From Octopus bimaculoides (taxonomy: Eukaryota), in assembly GCF_001194135.2 (NCBI RefSeq), contig NC_068983.1:115983101-116047100 (forward strand): DNA of 64,000 nucleotides, in the 5' to 3' direction. A program made the translations under genes and the position numbers. This document shows, piece by piece, positions 11,080 through 23,830 of this stretch. The notes below the pieces were generated by a model. It did not search any database. It was not told where the DNA came from and worked only from the letters and a program-made list of their open reading frames with translations. Positions within the stretch are counted from its first letter, which is position 1. Every line of letters starts with the position of its first letter.

Positions 11080-12360
11080 GAGTGGATGCTATATACTCGT
11101 CCACGCCCATATCTAGAGAATACACACACGTACACTGACTCTCCTGTATGTACAGCGCTGGATATTCAGTGGACGTGTATTGTTCTCTAATTTAATCCCA
11201 TTGGTGTAAAAGAATAGCAAGGATCCCGTGATAATCGAAAAAGTGGAGACGTTTAGCAACAACAGCTGGCTTTATTTATAACGTTGCTTTCAAATTTAGT
11301 CGTTTTCCTATGAATGCTGTTGGACCACAAAAAAAAAAAAACTGGGTCTCTGGATTCCCTTGTGACACATTCATGGCAAGAATATCTGTTAATTTTCATT
11401 GCAGACCTTTCCTTCAATTGTAGTTAGGCTTCAGAGATTTATTTTAGTGCTAGAATATGTCTTAACCGAACTTTTCAATCTCTGTATCTTGATAGTAATG
11501 GCACACAGCCTTGCCTGTGGGAGGTGTGTTTCATAGATACACATAGACACATGCACTGTATTTATGTATGTAAGAATGTATATTCACCTCCAAAATTAAA
11601 GAGGATGTGTACTTCCGGCCAGCATATCTGAAGAGTCGTTAGTGTTGCCAAGTACAATAGCAGAAGCGAAACCAAAGGCTGCTTTCTAACAGATTGTATG
11701 CCATAGCCAGGACTATACTACTCGACAATTTATATATGTATAAAGGCAATCTTGATCTAACGTAACGTGGATGTTTCGTTAGAACATCGAGTACTGCGTT
11801 ATTTACCTTGAAAGGAAATCTTGTATGGACGCATGATTCATAAAAGCAGACATTTATATCCACGTTTCGTTGGATATAAAAATTGCCTTTTGGTATTAAT
11901 ACTTCTGTCGCTTATAATTATTTTTAATAAGCCTGCTGGCTATTTGCAACATCAGTGCCTGAAAAGATACCGAAATTGTATATATCATTGGCAGTGAGAT
12001 TCGACTGGTATACGATTATCGAGTGTCTGCCACTGAAGAGATCGGGTAGGCCGAAGTTAAGTGATTTGGCAATTCCGGCACTCGTTGCAGATTATTTACG
12101 TCTGCCAATGATGTGTGTGTGTGTGCGTGTGTGTGTGTTAGCCAAAAAAGTATATTTTGTTTCGACTATGACTTTTCGGGAATTCTTTTGATGTATTCGG
12201 GGTTTATTAGCATTATTTGGGGCCATATGGCGATTCACTTATCGCGGTTTATTCCTTACGCTTACGTTGATTCCTCCGTGGTGCTGTTTTGCATTTATAA
12301 TAAAATAAATATATACAAATTATAAAAATAATAAATATATATATATATATATATATACAG

Positions 12361-12447
12361 TACAGTACTGTTTCCACTTAGCGGATTTTTACCTATCGCG
12401 TGGGGTTTTGGAAACGTAACAACCACGATAGTCGAGGGATTACTGTA
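12361..12447 (-). mobile_element. pogo/Tigger-like MITE end
   Basis: The minus strand starts TA-CAGTAATCCCTCGACTATCG, a Tigger-type TIR with a TA target. Confidence 0.6.
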
Positions 12448-12587
12448 GAACCTTATTTGGGGTTTATTAGTGAAATTCGCTCTATGATCCTGTTGTGAGT
12501 GGATTCAAGAATTCAGTTTACCATCATTTTTAGGTTGGTAGTCGTGTTTTTTTTTCTTTTTGGTTAACATTGTGGAATGCGCGCGCG

Positions 12588-12630
<43 letters not shown>

Positions 12631-15257
12631 TCTTTAGTAACTGTATTGGAGATTGACCTTTGACAAGTTTTGTCTATTTCTTATAAGTTTTTGTTTGTTT
12701 TGTACCGAATGAGATGTAATTTGTTGACTTGCCTTCATTCTATTTTTTCTCTCATCAAAAAGCTTCTGGGATGAAAGGTTACTCATCCTAAATTCGATCA
12801 TTCTGGTTGCTGGAATAGATCCTCTTTAATTTAAATTATCAGTCTACTTAAAAAGAGGCTCCCTTTTTTTTTTTTTTTTTTTCTTGCAGAGACAAAACTA
12901 TTCTTGGTTTAACGTGATCCTCTGAAGAAGTTGAAACTCAACAAAACACATTGTTATGACTAGGATGAAAATAAAAATGTGCCCACAAAAATCCCTCCTA
13001 AATGACAGACCGGGTTGTTGGTAAAAGAACAACAACACTCAAACAACTGAGACTGGAACACTTTCCAAAGGACGTGGAGGACTTTGGGTTTGCCGAAAAC
13101 TGAAAATATTCACGTCTCACTTCGAAAGATCCACGAGTTAGTTGGCTATTATTTTAGATCAAATCTGTTGTTTGCAAACTGTAGAAGACGGAACGTGATT
13201 TAAGTCAAGTATAAGTCAAGGGCTGCCCTGATCGTCCTTAAATGATAGTTTCTAATCCATTTACGGGTGGATGCCTTTGCTTATGTATCTGTACTGTATT
13301 AAATTTTCTGCATGGCTTTCATTTTATATGAGGCCTTTGCTATCCCCACTGATATTATATATGTACACCCACCAACCACACTAAATTCTCTCAAACCACA
13401 TTCTGCTGTCTAAACAATGAACGGACACAATGTGGTCTTGGCCAAAAAAAAAAAAAAAAGACTAGTTGATTCAACAAGAAAGATGCACAGAAATGTCATA
13501 CACTACTTGGGTTCCTTGAAATATACAGTTAAATAAAGTAACATCTGTTATCAAAATGGAGTGGATTATCCTCCACCATTACATATAGTAACAGCTATGA
13601 TAATAACTACCGTAAAGCAATGTGTAAAATACGATAAGCGGTGTCTAAAATACCAAATATTACCATCAGAACGAAAAAACTCTAAACTGCTTGAAACGCT
13701 CTATCTCATTATAGAATATATGTTCAACCATTTAAGCTGAGTGGAATAAATTCCACCATCATTCATTAGCATAATGCTGTTTAAAACTGTTTACAATGTC
13801 ATTCGCGACTAAAGCTCTTCCTCTTTCACATACTCTTCCCTTTCTTTAAGCGGTAGTCTATAACGTAACAGTTGTACATTCAACATTGACCAATCTTCTT
13901 TTACCAATAATTCCTATCCTGAGCCTATAAAAGGGATGATCTCGTTCTGTGACTGTCTGAATTTTGAGAATTTTAAGGTCTTTCCCTGGACCTTAAAGCA
14001 GTCTTGTTCCGACTGACCAGATTTCTCTTGAGGAGCCCTGTCCTTATCCCTAGCAATATCAGCAGCTTCATTAATTCATATTTACCGATCCTCGTTAACT
14101 TCAAATATTTGTTTTTCGTGAAGCTCATCCATTTCATAAGTCATATTTTCGTGATTCAAAATAATGGTCCGTGGTTTATTGTGGCTTCTTAGAAATATTT
14201 TCTATTAAAATTAATCAAACTTTCAGAGAAACCGTTGTTTTATAGTTGTGAGACATAGTCAATAACCGTTCTGTTCTATAGCTGTGAGACAATAGCAAAA
14301 GCGTTAAACGCAAGACATCGCCGTTTTATACTTTGTACTTGGAAGTTGGATATTTTTCCTTTTTTTTTTTATTTTCAAAAAAGTAAGCCATGAAGGACAA
14401 ATTGCAAGAACGTAGATTTCCTAGTTGGTAGCGTTTTACGTTTTAACAGATTAATTTTTATATGTCAATCGTCATTAGAGTTTAGGGAGACATAAGCATC
14501 CATTATTCTGTAAGGTGTTATTCACCGCCAGAGCTTTCTATATAAGGTCATTTCCCGCCAGTATTTTGTCAAATACTGTTCCTCACCGGTACTTTGTTAA
14601 AAAATATATATTAAAAAAATAAGTACATCTAGTACTTTTCGGGTACACTCCGTCAATCTTCACTAGAACACAACCCACGACAAATGTTCTGTAGAATAGT
14701 AACCACAGTCAGTGTTCTATTGAATATTACTCACCATCATATGAAAAATTTGTTTGAAATACTATCTGACTGCAGAGTTTTTTTGTGTGGTCTTCTATTT
14801 TGCCTAAAATTGCTATAAACAGCCGGTTGGTAGCTAAATACATTACTTGACTTGTAACTTTGAAAAAGATTCGTACTGATGGAGTCAGAGAAAGAAAAGC
14901 AGAGAGCGTGAAAGAGAGAGAGAGAGAGAGAGGAGGGATGGCTATCAACTAGTATCATATTTAATACATGTCTGCATATGACATAGAAATTAGGTCATGT
15001 GATTGCCACAAACAACCATAATTAGTCATGTGACAAGCAACAGCTTCTATATGCGAATGTCACTCAGCATGCTTCTTAGTGCGAGACGTATATGATACTG
15101 TTGACAATCGGTACGAAGTTTAACGTAGAAAGACGAGTTCTTGTTCGGTTTTTATTATCAAACTTGTTCCGCCTGTTTACGTTTTAAACTGTTATTGGAA
15201 ATGCATGAACACAGTAGCTTTTCTTATCGCAAAAATTAAAGATCAGTGAGATACAAT

Positions 15258-15259
15258 AG

Positions 15260-15303
<44 letters not shown>

Positions 15304-15680
15304 GTGGTGGTGTGGTGGTGGTGGTGGTGGTGGTNNNNNNNNNNNNNNNNNNNNNNNNNNNNNNNNNNNNNNNNNNNNNNNNNNNNNNNNNNNNNNNNNN
15401 NNNNNNNNNNNNNNNNNNNNNNNNNNNNNNNNNNNNNNNNNNNNNNNNNNNNNNNNNNNNNNNNNNNNNNNNNNNNNNNNNNNNNNNNNNNNNNNNNNNN
15501 NNNNNNNNNNNNNNNNNNNNNNNNNNNNNNNNNNNNNNNNNNNNNNNNNNNNNNNNNNNNNNNNNNNNNNNNNNNNNNNNNNNNNNNNNNNNNNNNNNNN
15601 NGATGATGATGACGATGATGGTGGTGGTGGCGGTAGAAGAGGCAACAACGGATGGTGGTGGTGGTGGTGGTGGTGGTGGC
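15258..15680. repeat. (GAT)n/(GGT)n trinucleotide tract spanning a gap
   Basis: Direct. Confidence 0.95.
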
Positions 15681-15689
15681 AACGGAGGT

Positions 15690-16090
15690 TTTAATGCTCT
15701 CATTTCTGGACTGGGATGGTGCTGCCCCGCCGCACACACAAACATCCTGAAATGTATCCAGAAAACAGTCACACGGCCTATTAGCATAAATTTACTCACG
15801 CTTCAGCCTCTGGCCCAGAGGCGCATTTTCTCCTCTTTTGACAAATTTCTACCGCTTCTATAAAGGTCTCTGTCCATCGGACCTAACTGGGCTCATATCA
15901 CATGCATTCAGGTTTTTCCAACCTACTCGTCTCCCCTCTTCCTATCACTCTTGTTGTATGTATTCAGCCTCACTAGGCCTCGCACTAATCACTAAGATCA
16001 GTCCTTCCTTACCAGAACGTTGATCCCCAGGAATTTCTTCTCTGCCAATATCTTGTCTGCATGTGTTGACTAAGAAAGGTTCAATATTAA
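15690..16090 (+). mobile_element. CR1/L2-superfamily LINE 3' fragment
   Basis: Frameshifted translation ...ILKCIQKTVTRPI...LQPLAQRR...FYRFYKGLCPSDL, matching the typical post-RT LxHRRxxxxLxxFYRYyxGxCSxEL motif. Confidence 0.7.
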
Positions 16091-16290
16091 CTTAAATAGC
16101 ATCACTCTCAACAAGTCAAGGAGGGCACGCAAACGCATAAACACTTGGCCCCTTCCTCCGAACACAAGTAAAACAAAACCCCTCTTTTTTGATTCGTGGT
16201 GTCGTTGTTGTTATTCAATCTTAGCTTATAACTCCGATCAATACAACATTCAGTACAGAAATATGGTGCGCACACGCACGCATGCGCGCG

Positions 16291-16321
<31 letters not shown>

Positions 16322-16329
16322 TCTCTCTC

Positions 16330-16375
<46 letters not shown>

Positions 16376-16704
16376 NNNNNNNNNNNNNNNNNNNNNNNNN
16401 NNNNNNNNNNNNNNNNNNNNNNNNNNNNNNNNNNNNNNNNNNNNNNNNNNNNNNNNNNNNNNNNNNNNNNNNNNNNNNNNNNNNNNNNNNNNNNNNNNNN
16501 NNNNNNNNNNNNNNNNNNNNNNNNNNNNNNNNNNNNNNNNNNNNNNNNNNNNNNNNNNNNNNNNNNNNNNNNNNNNNNNNNNNNNNNNNNNNNNNNNNNN
16601 NNNNNNNNNNNNNNNNNNNNNNNNNNNNNNNNNNNNNNNNNNNNNNNNNNNNNNNNNNNNNNNNNNNNNNNNNNNNNNNNNNNNNNNNNNNNNNNNNNNN
16701 NNNN

Positions 16705-17028
16705 GGTTTCAATTCTCAGACCGGGCGTTGTGAGTGTTTATTGAGCAAAAACACCTAAAGCTCCACGAGGCTCCGGCAGGGGATGGTGGCGAACCCTGCT
16801 GTACTCTTTCACCACAACTTTCTTTCACTCTTACTTCCTGTTTCTGTTGTGCCTGTAATTCAAAGGGTCAGCCTTGTCACACTGTGTCACGCTGAATATC
16901 CCCGACGTTAAGAGTACACGTGTCTGTGGAGTGCTCAGCCACTTGCACGTTAATTTCACGATCAGGCTGTTCCGTTGATCGGATCAACTGGAACCCTTGA
17001 CGTCGTAAGCGACGGAGTGCCAACAACA
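16705..17028 (+). mobile_element. SINE family D (head partly in the gap)
   Basis: B-box-like GGTTTCAATTC, gtttattgagcaaaaacac core, and a tail ending in (AAC); a degenerate relative of the tail lies at 33240-33400. Confidence 0.7.
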
Positions 17029-18040
17029 AAGTGAAACTGACTGCGAAGGAAAAGTTTTGGTGCCAACCAAGTCACACAGTCAGCTTATCTCCACTTATTT
17101 GTGCTTACAACTCAGTTGGCCCTATCATCTTTTAATATTTGAAATTGAAGATAATTACTTCTCTACTGTATAAGATTTACTGCTTCTAACATTCGTTTTA
17201 GATAATTGATAAAGTTCATTTGCCGTGATAAATGTCAGATGTGCATTTATGAGTATTTATACACCTGTGTGCACATGGATGCAGGTGTGTGCGCGCGCGT
17301 GCGTATCTTGTAACTGGGCGTTTGCATATTATGCCCTAAATCATCATCTTCTTTCTTGGTCTCGTTTAATCTATTATTGTGACTTAATCTCTGTTCAATT
17401 TATTATTGTGTTTAATTCGGTCTAAGCTATTATTGTGGCTTTATGTCAACATTTTGTTCGAGGTATTGTAATTATCTGTCTTCAAGTCCTTTTCTTCTAC
17501 TATAACTTAACCTGTTTCCTTAACTGTAATTCTTTTCGCAATTGTGAGGCTCACACACACACGCACGCACACACACACACATACAGGTATATAACAAAAC
17601 TAGAAATTGGAAATTTTGGGGTATCATTTATTCACTATTACACGTGTTTCATTTACTAACAGGAACTACTAAGTTTTATATGTTAGATAGACATGTAAGG
17701 AATTTCTTATTATATTTCTTCAGACAGAGAAATCAAATAATACAACTGGAATTTACCCTACCTGCCCATATAATATATATGTATACATATGGTCCCTACT
17801 AACATCCTGGCTTTTCTCCTTCGTACATTGTATCTTTATGTCTTCTCACCCTCTCACATAGAACTTGTTTGGCCATACCTCTCCCCACTCCTAAATAAAT
17901 CGTTGTATTCTACAATTCTCATGGTGAATAAACTTTATAATCTTCCAAATTTTATACCCAGTAATTCTTGTCAATACAGACCATCCCAGGTTTCTTTGAT
18001 TTTCGATTTTACCCTATTTTAATATTAAATTTTAGATTTA

Positions 18041-18253
18041 AGGCGGTGAGCTTGCAGAATTCTTGGCAAACCGGGCAAAATGCTTAGCGGCATTTCGTCT
18101 CTTTACGTTCTGAGTTCAAATTCAGCCGGTGCCGACTTTGCTTTTCATCTTTTCGGGGTCGATAAAATAAGTACTAGTTGAACACCGGGGTCGATGTAAT
18201 CGACTTACCCCTACCCCAGAAATTACTGGCTTTGTGCTAAATTTTGTAATCAA
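18041..18253 (+). mobile_element. SINE family A, near full length, alternative tail
   Basis: GGCGGTGAGCTTGCAGAAT head, GAGTTCAAATT B-box and shared core; the tail differs from that of 22683. Confidence 0.88.
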
Positions 18254-18954
18254 TTTTAAATATTTGATCCTTGTAATTAAATTTTATATTATTGTTGATT
18301 TGAGATTTTTTTTTACGCAGAACTAATCTTTAAAAGCTTATTATCTCACTGAACATTTTATGATTTTCCGTTTTTTAAATTAATATGATCTGAAAGAAAA
18401 GCATGGTGGTAAAATAGCTTCTATGTCTTTTCAATACAACAGAAAGAGCAAACTGGAAACGAAATATTGTACACAACGAAATAGCACAGAACTGTGCTCG
18501 GTATTGCAATAGCAATACTACTACTACCACTACTACTAATAATAATAATATGATGGTGGTGGTGGTGGTTAAAAAAATGGAATGTTTGTTTGCATTGTAA
18601 GCATATAAATGTTATAAGATTCTTGTGGATTTACTGATGACTATTATCACTAACAAATTTTACAGTTGACCGTATATATCTGTCTGAAATAACATGAAAA
18701 TTAGAGATAAACATATTTCTTTCCTTGTTATTTTTTGTATAAAGTAAAATTGATCCTGTGTAGACTAGACTGAATGAAGAAAATTCTATGGAATAAAATA
18801 TGTAAAAGCAAAATAAAATACATGTTGAAGACTGAACTAACAGAATAACTTTTGCTCTAGTAATTCTGAATTTTAATAATTAAAATTTGAATATAAATAT
18901 CTTTTTTATAAATAATCAAAACTAGAAAAATTTGTCAACGTTGAATATTCAACT

Positions 18955-19108
18955 TAATATTTTATTTACATTATTTACATTTGGCGGGGTTTTGTCTTCA
19001 TTTTGTTTGTTGTTAACACAACATTTCGGCTGATATACCCTCCAACCTTCATCAGGTGTCTTGGGGAAATTTCGAACCTGGGTTCTCATTCCTAAGGTAT
19101 TTTTTCAA

Positions 19109-19143
<35 letters not shown>

Positions 19144-19214
19144 TCACTGCCTGGAATCGAAATCAGAATCTTGGGGTTAATAGCCCACGCTCTCAACCAC
19201 TACGCCATATGCCC
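18955..19214 (-). mobile_element. Family H element, copy C (complete tRNA-like head)
   Basis: Minus strand GGGCATATGGCGTAGTGGTT...TTCGATTCCAGGCAGTGACC, then (AAT)n, then GACAC-CTGATGA-A-GGTTG-10nt-CAGCC-GAAAT-GTT-GTGTT. Confidence 0.9.
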
Positions 19215-19259
19215 GTAGGTTACTAACCCCAAGATTCCGAGTTCGATTCCAGGCAGTGA

Positions 19260-19294
<35 letters not shown>

Positions 19295-19480
19295 GCATTG
19301 AAAAAATACCTTAGGAATGAGAACCCAGGTTCGAAATTTCCCCAAGACACCTGATGAAGGCTGGAGGGTATATCAGCCGAAGCATTGTGTTAACAACAAA
19401 CAAGATGAGGACAAATATCCGTCAAATGTAAATAATGTAAATAATGTACATAATTCTTCATCTCTTAAATATAGAACTGT
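19215..19480 (+). mobile_element. Family H element, copy D (5'-truncated inverted partner)
   Basis: Starts mid-head (gtaggttactaacccc); B-box 19241-50; (AAT)n; hammerhead core at 19351-19388 with the GAAACG segment mutated to GAAGCA. Confidence 0.9.
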
Positions 19481-19502
19481 ATTGATATTTTGTCTACCTT
19501 AA

Positions 19503-19720
19503 TGCGGCGAGCTGGCAGAATTGTTACTGCGCCGGTCAAAATGCTATTGGTATTTCGTCTGTCTTCGTGTTCTGAGTTCTAATTCCGCCGACATCTATTT
19601 TGACTTTAATCCTTTCAGGATCGATAAAATAAGTATCAGTTAAGTTCTAGTGTCGATGTAATCGACTCCCCGCAAACGCCGGACGAAATTCCTGGCATTG
19701 GGCCAAAATTTAAAACTAAT
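19503..19720 (+). mobile_element. SINE family A
   Basis: GCGGCGAGCTGGCAGAAT head plus the family A core. Confidence 0.85.
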
Positions 19721-20334
19721 CCACCTGAAATATACCAGCGAAAACTGCGTTTAGAGAATAAGAACAACTAGGCGAAATGGTTTACATTTCGCATTTTAAC
19801 AGCAACACTGCGTTTTTCTGCAATCCATGGTGAAGATAATTAACTCTCAGTAGCCACAATTTGTAGTTCTGATGCACTGAGTACAATTGCTTAATTCGAT
19901 AAATTGATACCGCGCTTAGGAAGCGGAAAAATCTGTCTCACATTCCTCATTAACTTGACGTTTTCAGAAACTGAAGATAATACACATGCTTGAAGCTCAG
20001 TAAACCAAACCAATGAAATCCTCTTTGATGTATCTGCGAATGTCACTGTAATGAAATAATACGTTAACGGTTTTTTTTTGTTTTGTTTTTGTTTCATGGC
20101 TTTGCACTCATGAAACAGCTTGCTAGAAATAGCAACAATGTCTCCCTCAAGTTATGATCTTCTGTCGTAAAAAGCATAAATTTTTAAAGATACACTGTGT
20201 CTGGGATCAAAACAAATAAATAAATAAAAATAAAATGGCCAATAGTTACGGCTACAAACCTTTTGCTCGAAGTTCTATTGAATCAGAGTTGACCTTGGGT
20301 TAACAACAATAACAACGGCAACTGTCACGTTAAT

Positions 20335-20972
20335 ATTGGTTTCAAATTTTAGCACAAGGCCAGCAAGTTCGGAGAGGGGCTCAGTCAATTACATCAACCC
20401 CAGTATTCAACTGGTACTTACTTTATCGATCCTAAAAGGGATGAAAGATAAAGTCGACCTCGGCGGAATTTGAACTCAGAATGTAAAGACGGACAAAATG
20501 CGCTAAGTATATTGCCCGACGTGCTAACGACTCTGACCAGCTCACCGCTTATTGTAACCATTATCTCATCTTTGAAAACAGTCCTGCGGAAATGTTAACC
20601 AATTGATAAAGCAACAATAATTAACACAAACACCTAACAGCCTTTCTATAATAAACAGAAGGCCCCAAATTTTGTCGGAAGGGAATAAGTCGATTAATGG
20701 ACCTCAGTGCTCAACTGGTACTTATTTTATCGACTCCAAAAAGATGAAAGGCAAAGTCGACCTCGATAGAATTTGAACTCAGAACACAAAGACGGATTAA
20801 ATGCCACTAAGCATGCTGTCCGGTTCCTTACAAACAACTTATATCAGTTTCAAATTTTGGCACAAGGCTAACACGTTCGAGAGAGGGTTACACTGACCGC
20901 AGTGCTCAACTAGCTCTTATTTTACCGACCCTAAAAGGATGAAAGGTAAACTCGACCTCAGCGGCATTTGAA
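20335..20972 (-). mobile_element. Three adjacent SINE family A copies (about 20335-20548, 20640-20825, 20845-20972)
   Basis: The sequence ggatgaaagg.aaagtcgacctc...atttgaa recurs three times. Confidence 0.85.
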
Positions 20973-21379
20973 ACAAACACCTAATATCGACAACAAACTA
21001 GAACAGTTGTTTTTCTATTTTTTCTTCTTTCATTCTGACGAGAAATTCATAAAAATCTTTGTAAACACTTCAAAATTAATGAGTCATAGACCCGCAAAAA
21101 TTTAATATCCAAAAGGTCACTAAAAATAAAGCCTTCTTTTCTTTTTCTTTTGATGATAAGTTGTACAATAAAAAGAAAACGATATATTTTTTTTACTTGT
21201 GACCATTTTGAATAGTTTGTTTACAGGGCTTCACATATTTTCGTTTGCTGTTTCACTTTATGTGACTGACTTCTCCAACGTATTGATGGATGGTTTCTCA
21301 TGCACGTGACTGAATATGGAGACTGAAAATAGATTAAGATTTATATGTACACACAAATTTAAGAATTCCATAGAATATG

Positions 21380-21422
<43 letters not shown>

Positions 21423-22584
21423 TAACATACATACATGTATATAACTATATATATATAGAGAGAGAGATAACACACTTATATGTATGTGTGTGTTTATACG
21501 TATCTATGTATGTACATACATGCATTATTGAGGTTATTTTCGCAGAACAGCATAACTTCTCTGTCCATACAGCCAGGACTAAGTTGTTTATTTCATTTTA
21601 TTTTATTTTTACTTCATGGTATTTCTTCGAACACTTGGAATTTTAGATTATAAATAATTTTTAATGAAGTTATTTTAAATATAAATAGAATTAGAGTTTC
21701 ACAAGACTATTATCTATTTAGCATACCCATTCTTTATTTTAAAATGTAACACGAGTCAAAGAGGACGCGTCTACGTGGTCGCTCGACCTGCAGGAAATGG
21801 CAGCCAAAACGTCTCGCAAATTATACCTAGCATCTTCAAGAAAAAAAGAGGTAAACAACTATCATTTGTAGGTGATGTATAACGGATTCGTGACCAGGGA
21901 TCGAAACCTCTGTCCTCACGTCCGTTTCTATTGTTCTCCGATTGTGCACTTAAAATTCATTTGTTTAACCTGTAAAATTTATTATCATCTGAGATGAAAA
22001 AGCTTTGCACTTAGAGAAGCCCATTCAGTTCTAATTCCAGTGACCAAGTTAGACTTTAATACAGGCTATATATTAACAACACGTTATAAAAAAAAAGATT
22101 TAAAAAAACAGTCTGTTCCTTCAGTGACTTTCAGACAGTTTTCTTTTGGTAACTTTGCCGAGACTTTGTTTTCACACACACATACGTGCGCCTGCATTCT
22201 CAGTCTAAGAAATGTCTTTTGCGAGAGCCTTCTATCCTTTTCGTTCCTCCTTCTACACATTAGTGGATTGCTATAAGGAATGGACAAGAGATTTTCAATG
22301 TAAACAAACTGTCATCCACAATACAAACTCTTTTGAACTTTTCCAATTCGTTGCAGTTGTGTAATTACTTAATAATTAAATAAAATCTGTTATATGTGTA
22401 GACTATCTTTTGTCAATTTAATACATCCAGAAATTATTTATTTGTCGCATCTTAATCTCCACTTATTACACGTTTATATTACTTTACCATCTTAATTTAA
22501 CTTTGATATTAAAGTCATCGCGTTCAGTTTTCTAATTATTACGTATAATGTAACTATTTTATCGATCCGGTGAAACAGACGACC

Positions 22585-23830
22585 TTTCATCCATCCATTT
22601 TCTCTACCCACCTTTTCTTGGAGGATCGTATGGGCAGAGGCCTCGGGTACATCTTCTATACGGTTCTATCAAAATAACCATCTTATATCTTTATTGCCCA
22701 CAAGGGGCTAAACATAGAGGGGACAAACAAGGACAGACAAAGGGATTAAGTCGATTACGTCGACCCCAGTGCGTAACTGGTACTAAATTTATCAACCCCG
22801 AATGGATGAAAGGCAAAGTCGACCTCGGCGGAATTTGAACTCAGAACGTAACGGCAGACGAAATACCGCTATGCATTTCGCCCGGCGTGCTAACGTTTCT
22901 GCCAGCTCGCCGCAAAATAACCATCGTTAGGCTTTCTGGCTGGATTCCCAAGCTTGACCAGATGAGGTTCTAGATATTACCCAAACATTTCGTTCTTGGT
23001 CTAGCACTATGTTTCCTGCCGGTTGGTTCGAACTGTTTTGCGAAAAAGTAGCGACTCGACCTTGAGAGACTCTCTGACCTCCATGTTACGAACACTGTCG
23101 AGTAACGTTACGCCCAGAGATCCTCGGTCATTATCTTGCTGTGGTCATTCAGGCAGACCATTGCTGAGACTAGGTACGAAAACGAATTGAAGATATCGAG
23201 ACTGGCTTTTTCACCTACCTCTTCTGGCTCATTACCGCGCCTTCTGCTTCCTATCCTTCGTCAATACGGCCCCGAAATACTGAAACTTCTCCACTTGTGT
23301 CAGTGATGTTCCACTAGCATTCAGAGTGTACTGAGAAAATTTTCTCGAGAAGACCAAAGTCTCAGTCTTTGCAACACTAAATCTCATCCCCGCATTGCAG
23401 GACTTGGCAGCGAACTCATTCAGTTTATGCTGAATATCATCTTCTGGTGAAGCAAGTAGCTCCATGTCATGTGCAAATACCAGCCGACCACTCCTACACC
23501 CACCAATTGTGACCCACTTCCACAACGGCTGTACATACCAATCCAGTTCACAAAAGTAGGAGTGACAATACGTAATCCTGCCGAAGTCAAACAGGCTCAA
23601 AGGTTTCGTCTTAGCGTCATCTACACGAACACAAACATCTTAGCATTCGACTAGGAATTTCACACCAAACAGAACTTGTTCCGTGATTTCAAACTCCTGC
23701 AAGACTCTCTTCAGCATTCCTGCAGCATGCGATCATAGCCTTTATGCGATCTACAAAACAAGCTTACATTTCTTGGCAATATTTCCACGATTTCTCGAAG
23801 ACCTACTGTAGAGTGTAGAGTTGGTTGTGT
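22585..23830 (-). mobile_element. RTE-clade LINE 3' part (RT C-terminus to a GATG-type tail), decayed and interrupted by a SINE
   Basis: LVFAHD (LFADD-like), VEKFQYFG and VTLLDSVRNMEVRESLKVE motifs; minus-strand 3' end ...aaaatggatggatg. Confidence 0.8.
22683..22912 (-). mobile_element. Young full-length SINE family A with 13-bp TSD
   Basis: TSD CAAAATAACCATC at 22670-22682 and 22913-22925; intact A/B-box head; tail ...tgtcccctctatgtttagccccttgtgggcaataaag. Confidence 0.95.

Noticed and set aside
11628-11685. CTGAAGA...GAAAC spacing
   Set aside because: Stem II is irregular and the U16.1-H17 site is missing (GGC instead of GGT).
19143-19214. Functional tRNA gene (apparent ACT/ATT anticodon)
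   Set aside because: The acceptor stem does not pair and the sequence continues into a repeat body; it is a SINE head, as are the other A/B-box hits.
21872-21915. Possible fourth hammerhead (GATT...GATC-GAAAC)
   Set aside because: The 5' core is GTGATGT with wrong spacing and there is no GUH; too degenerate to call.
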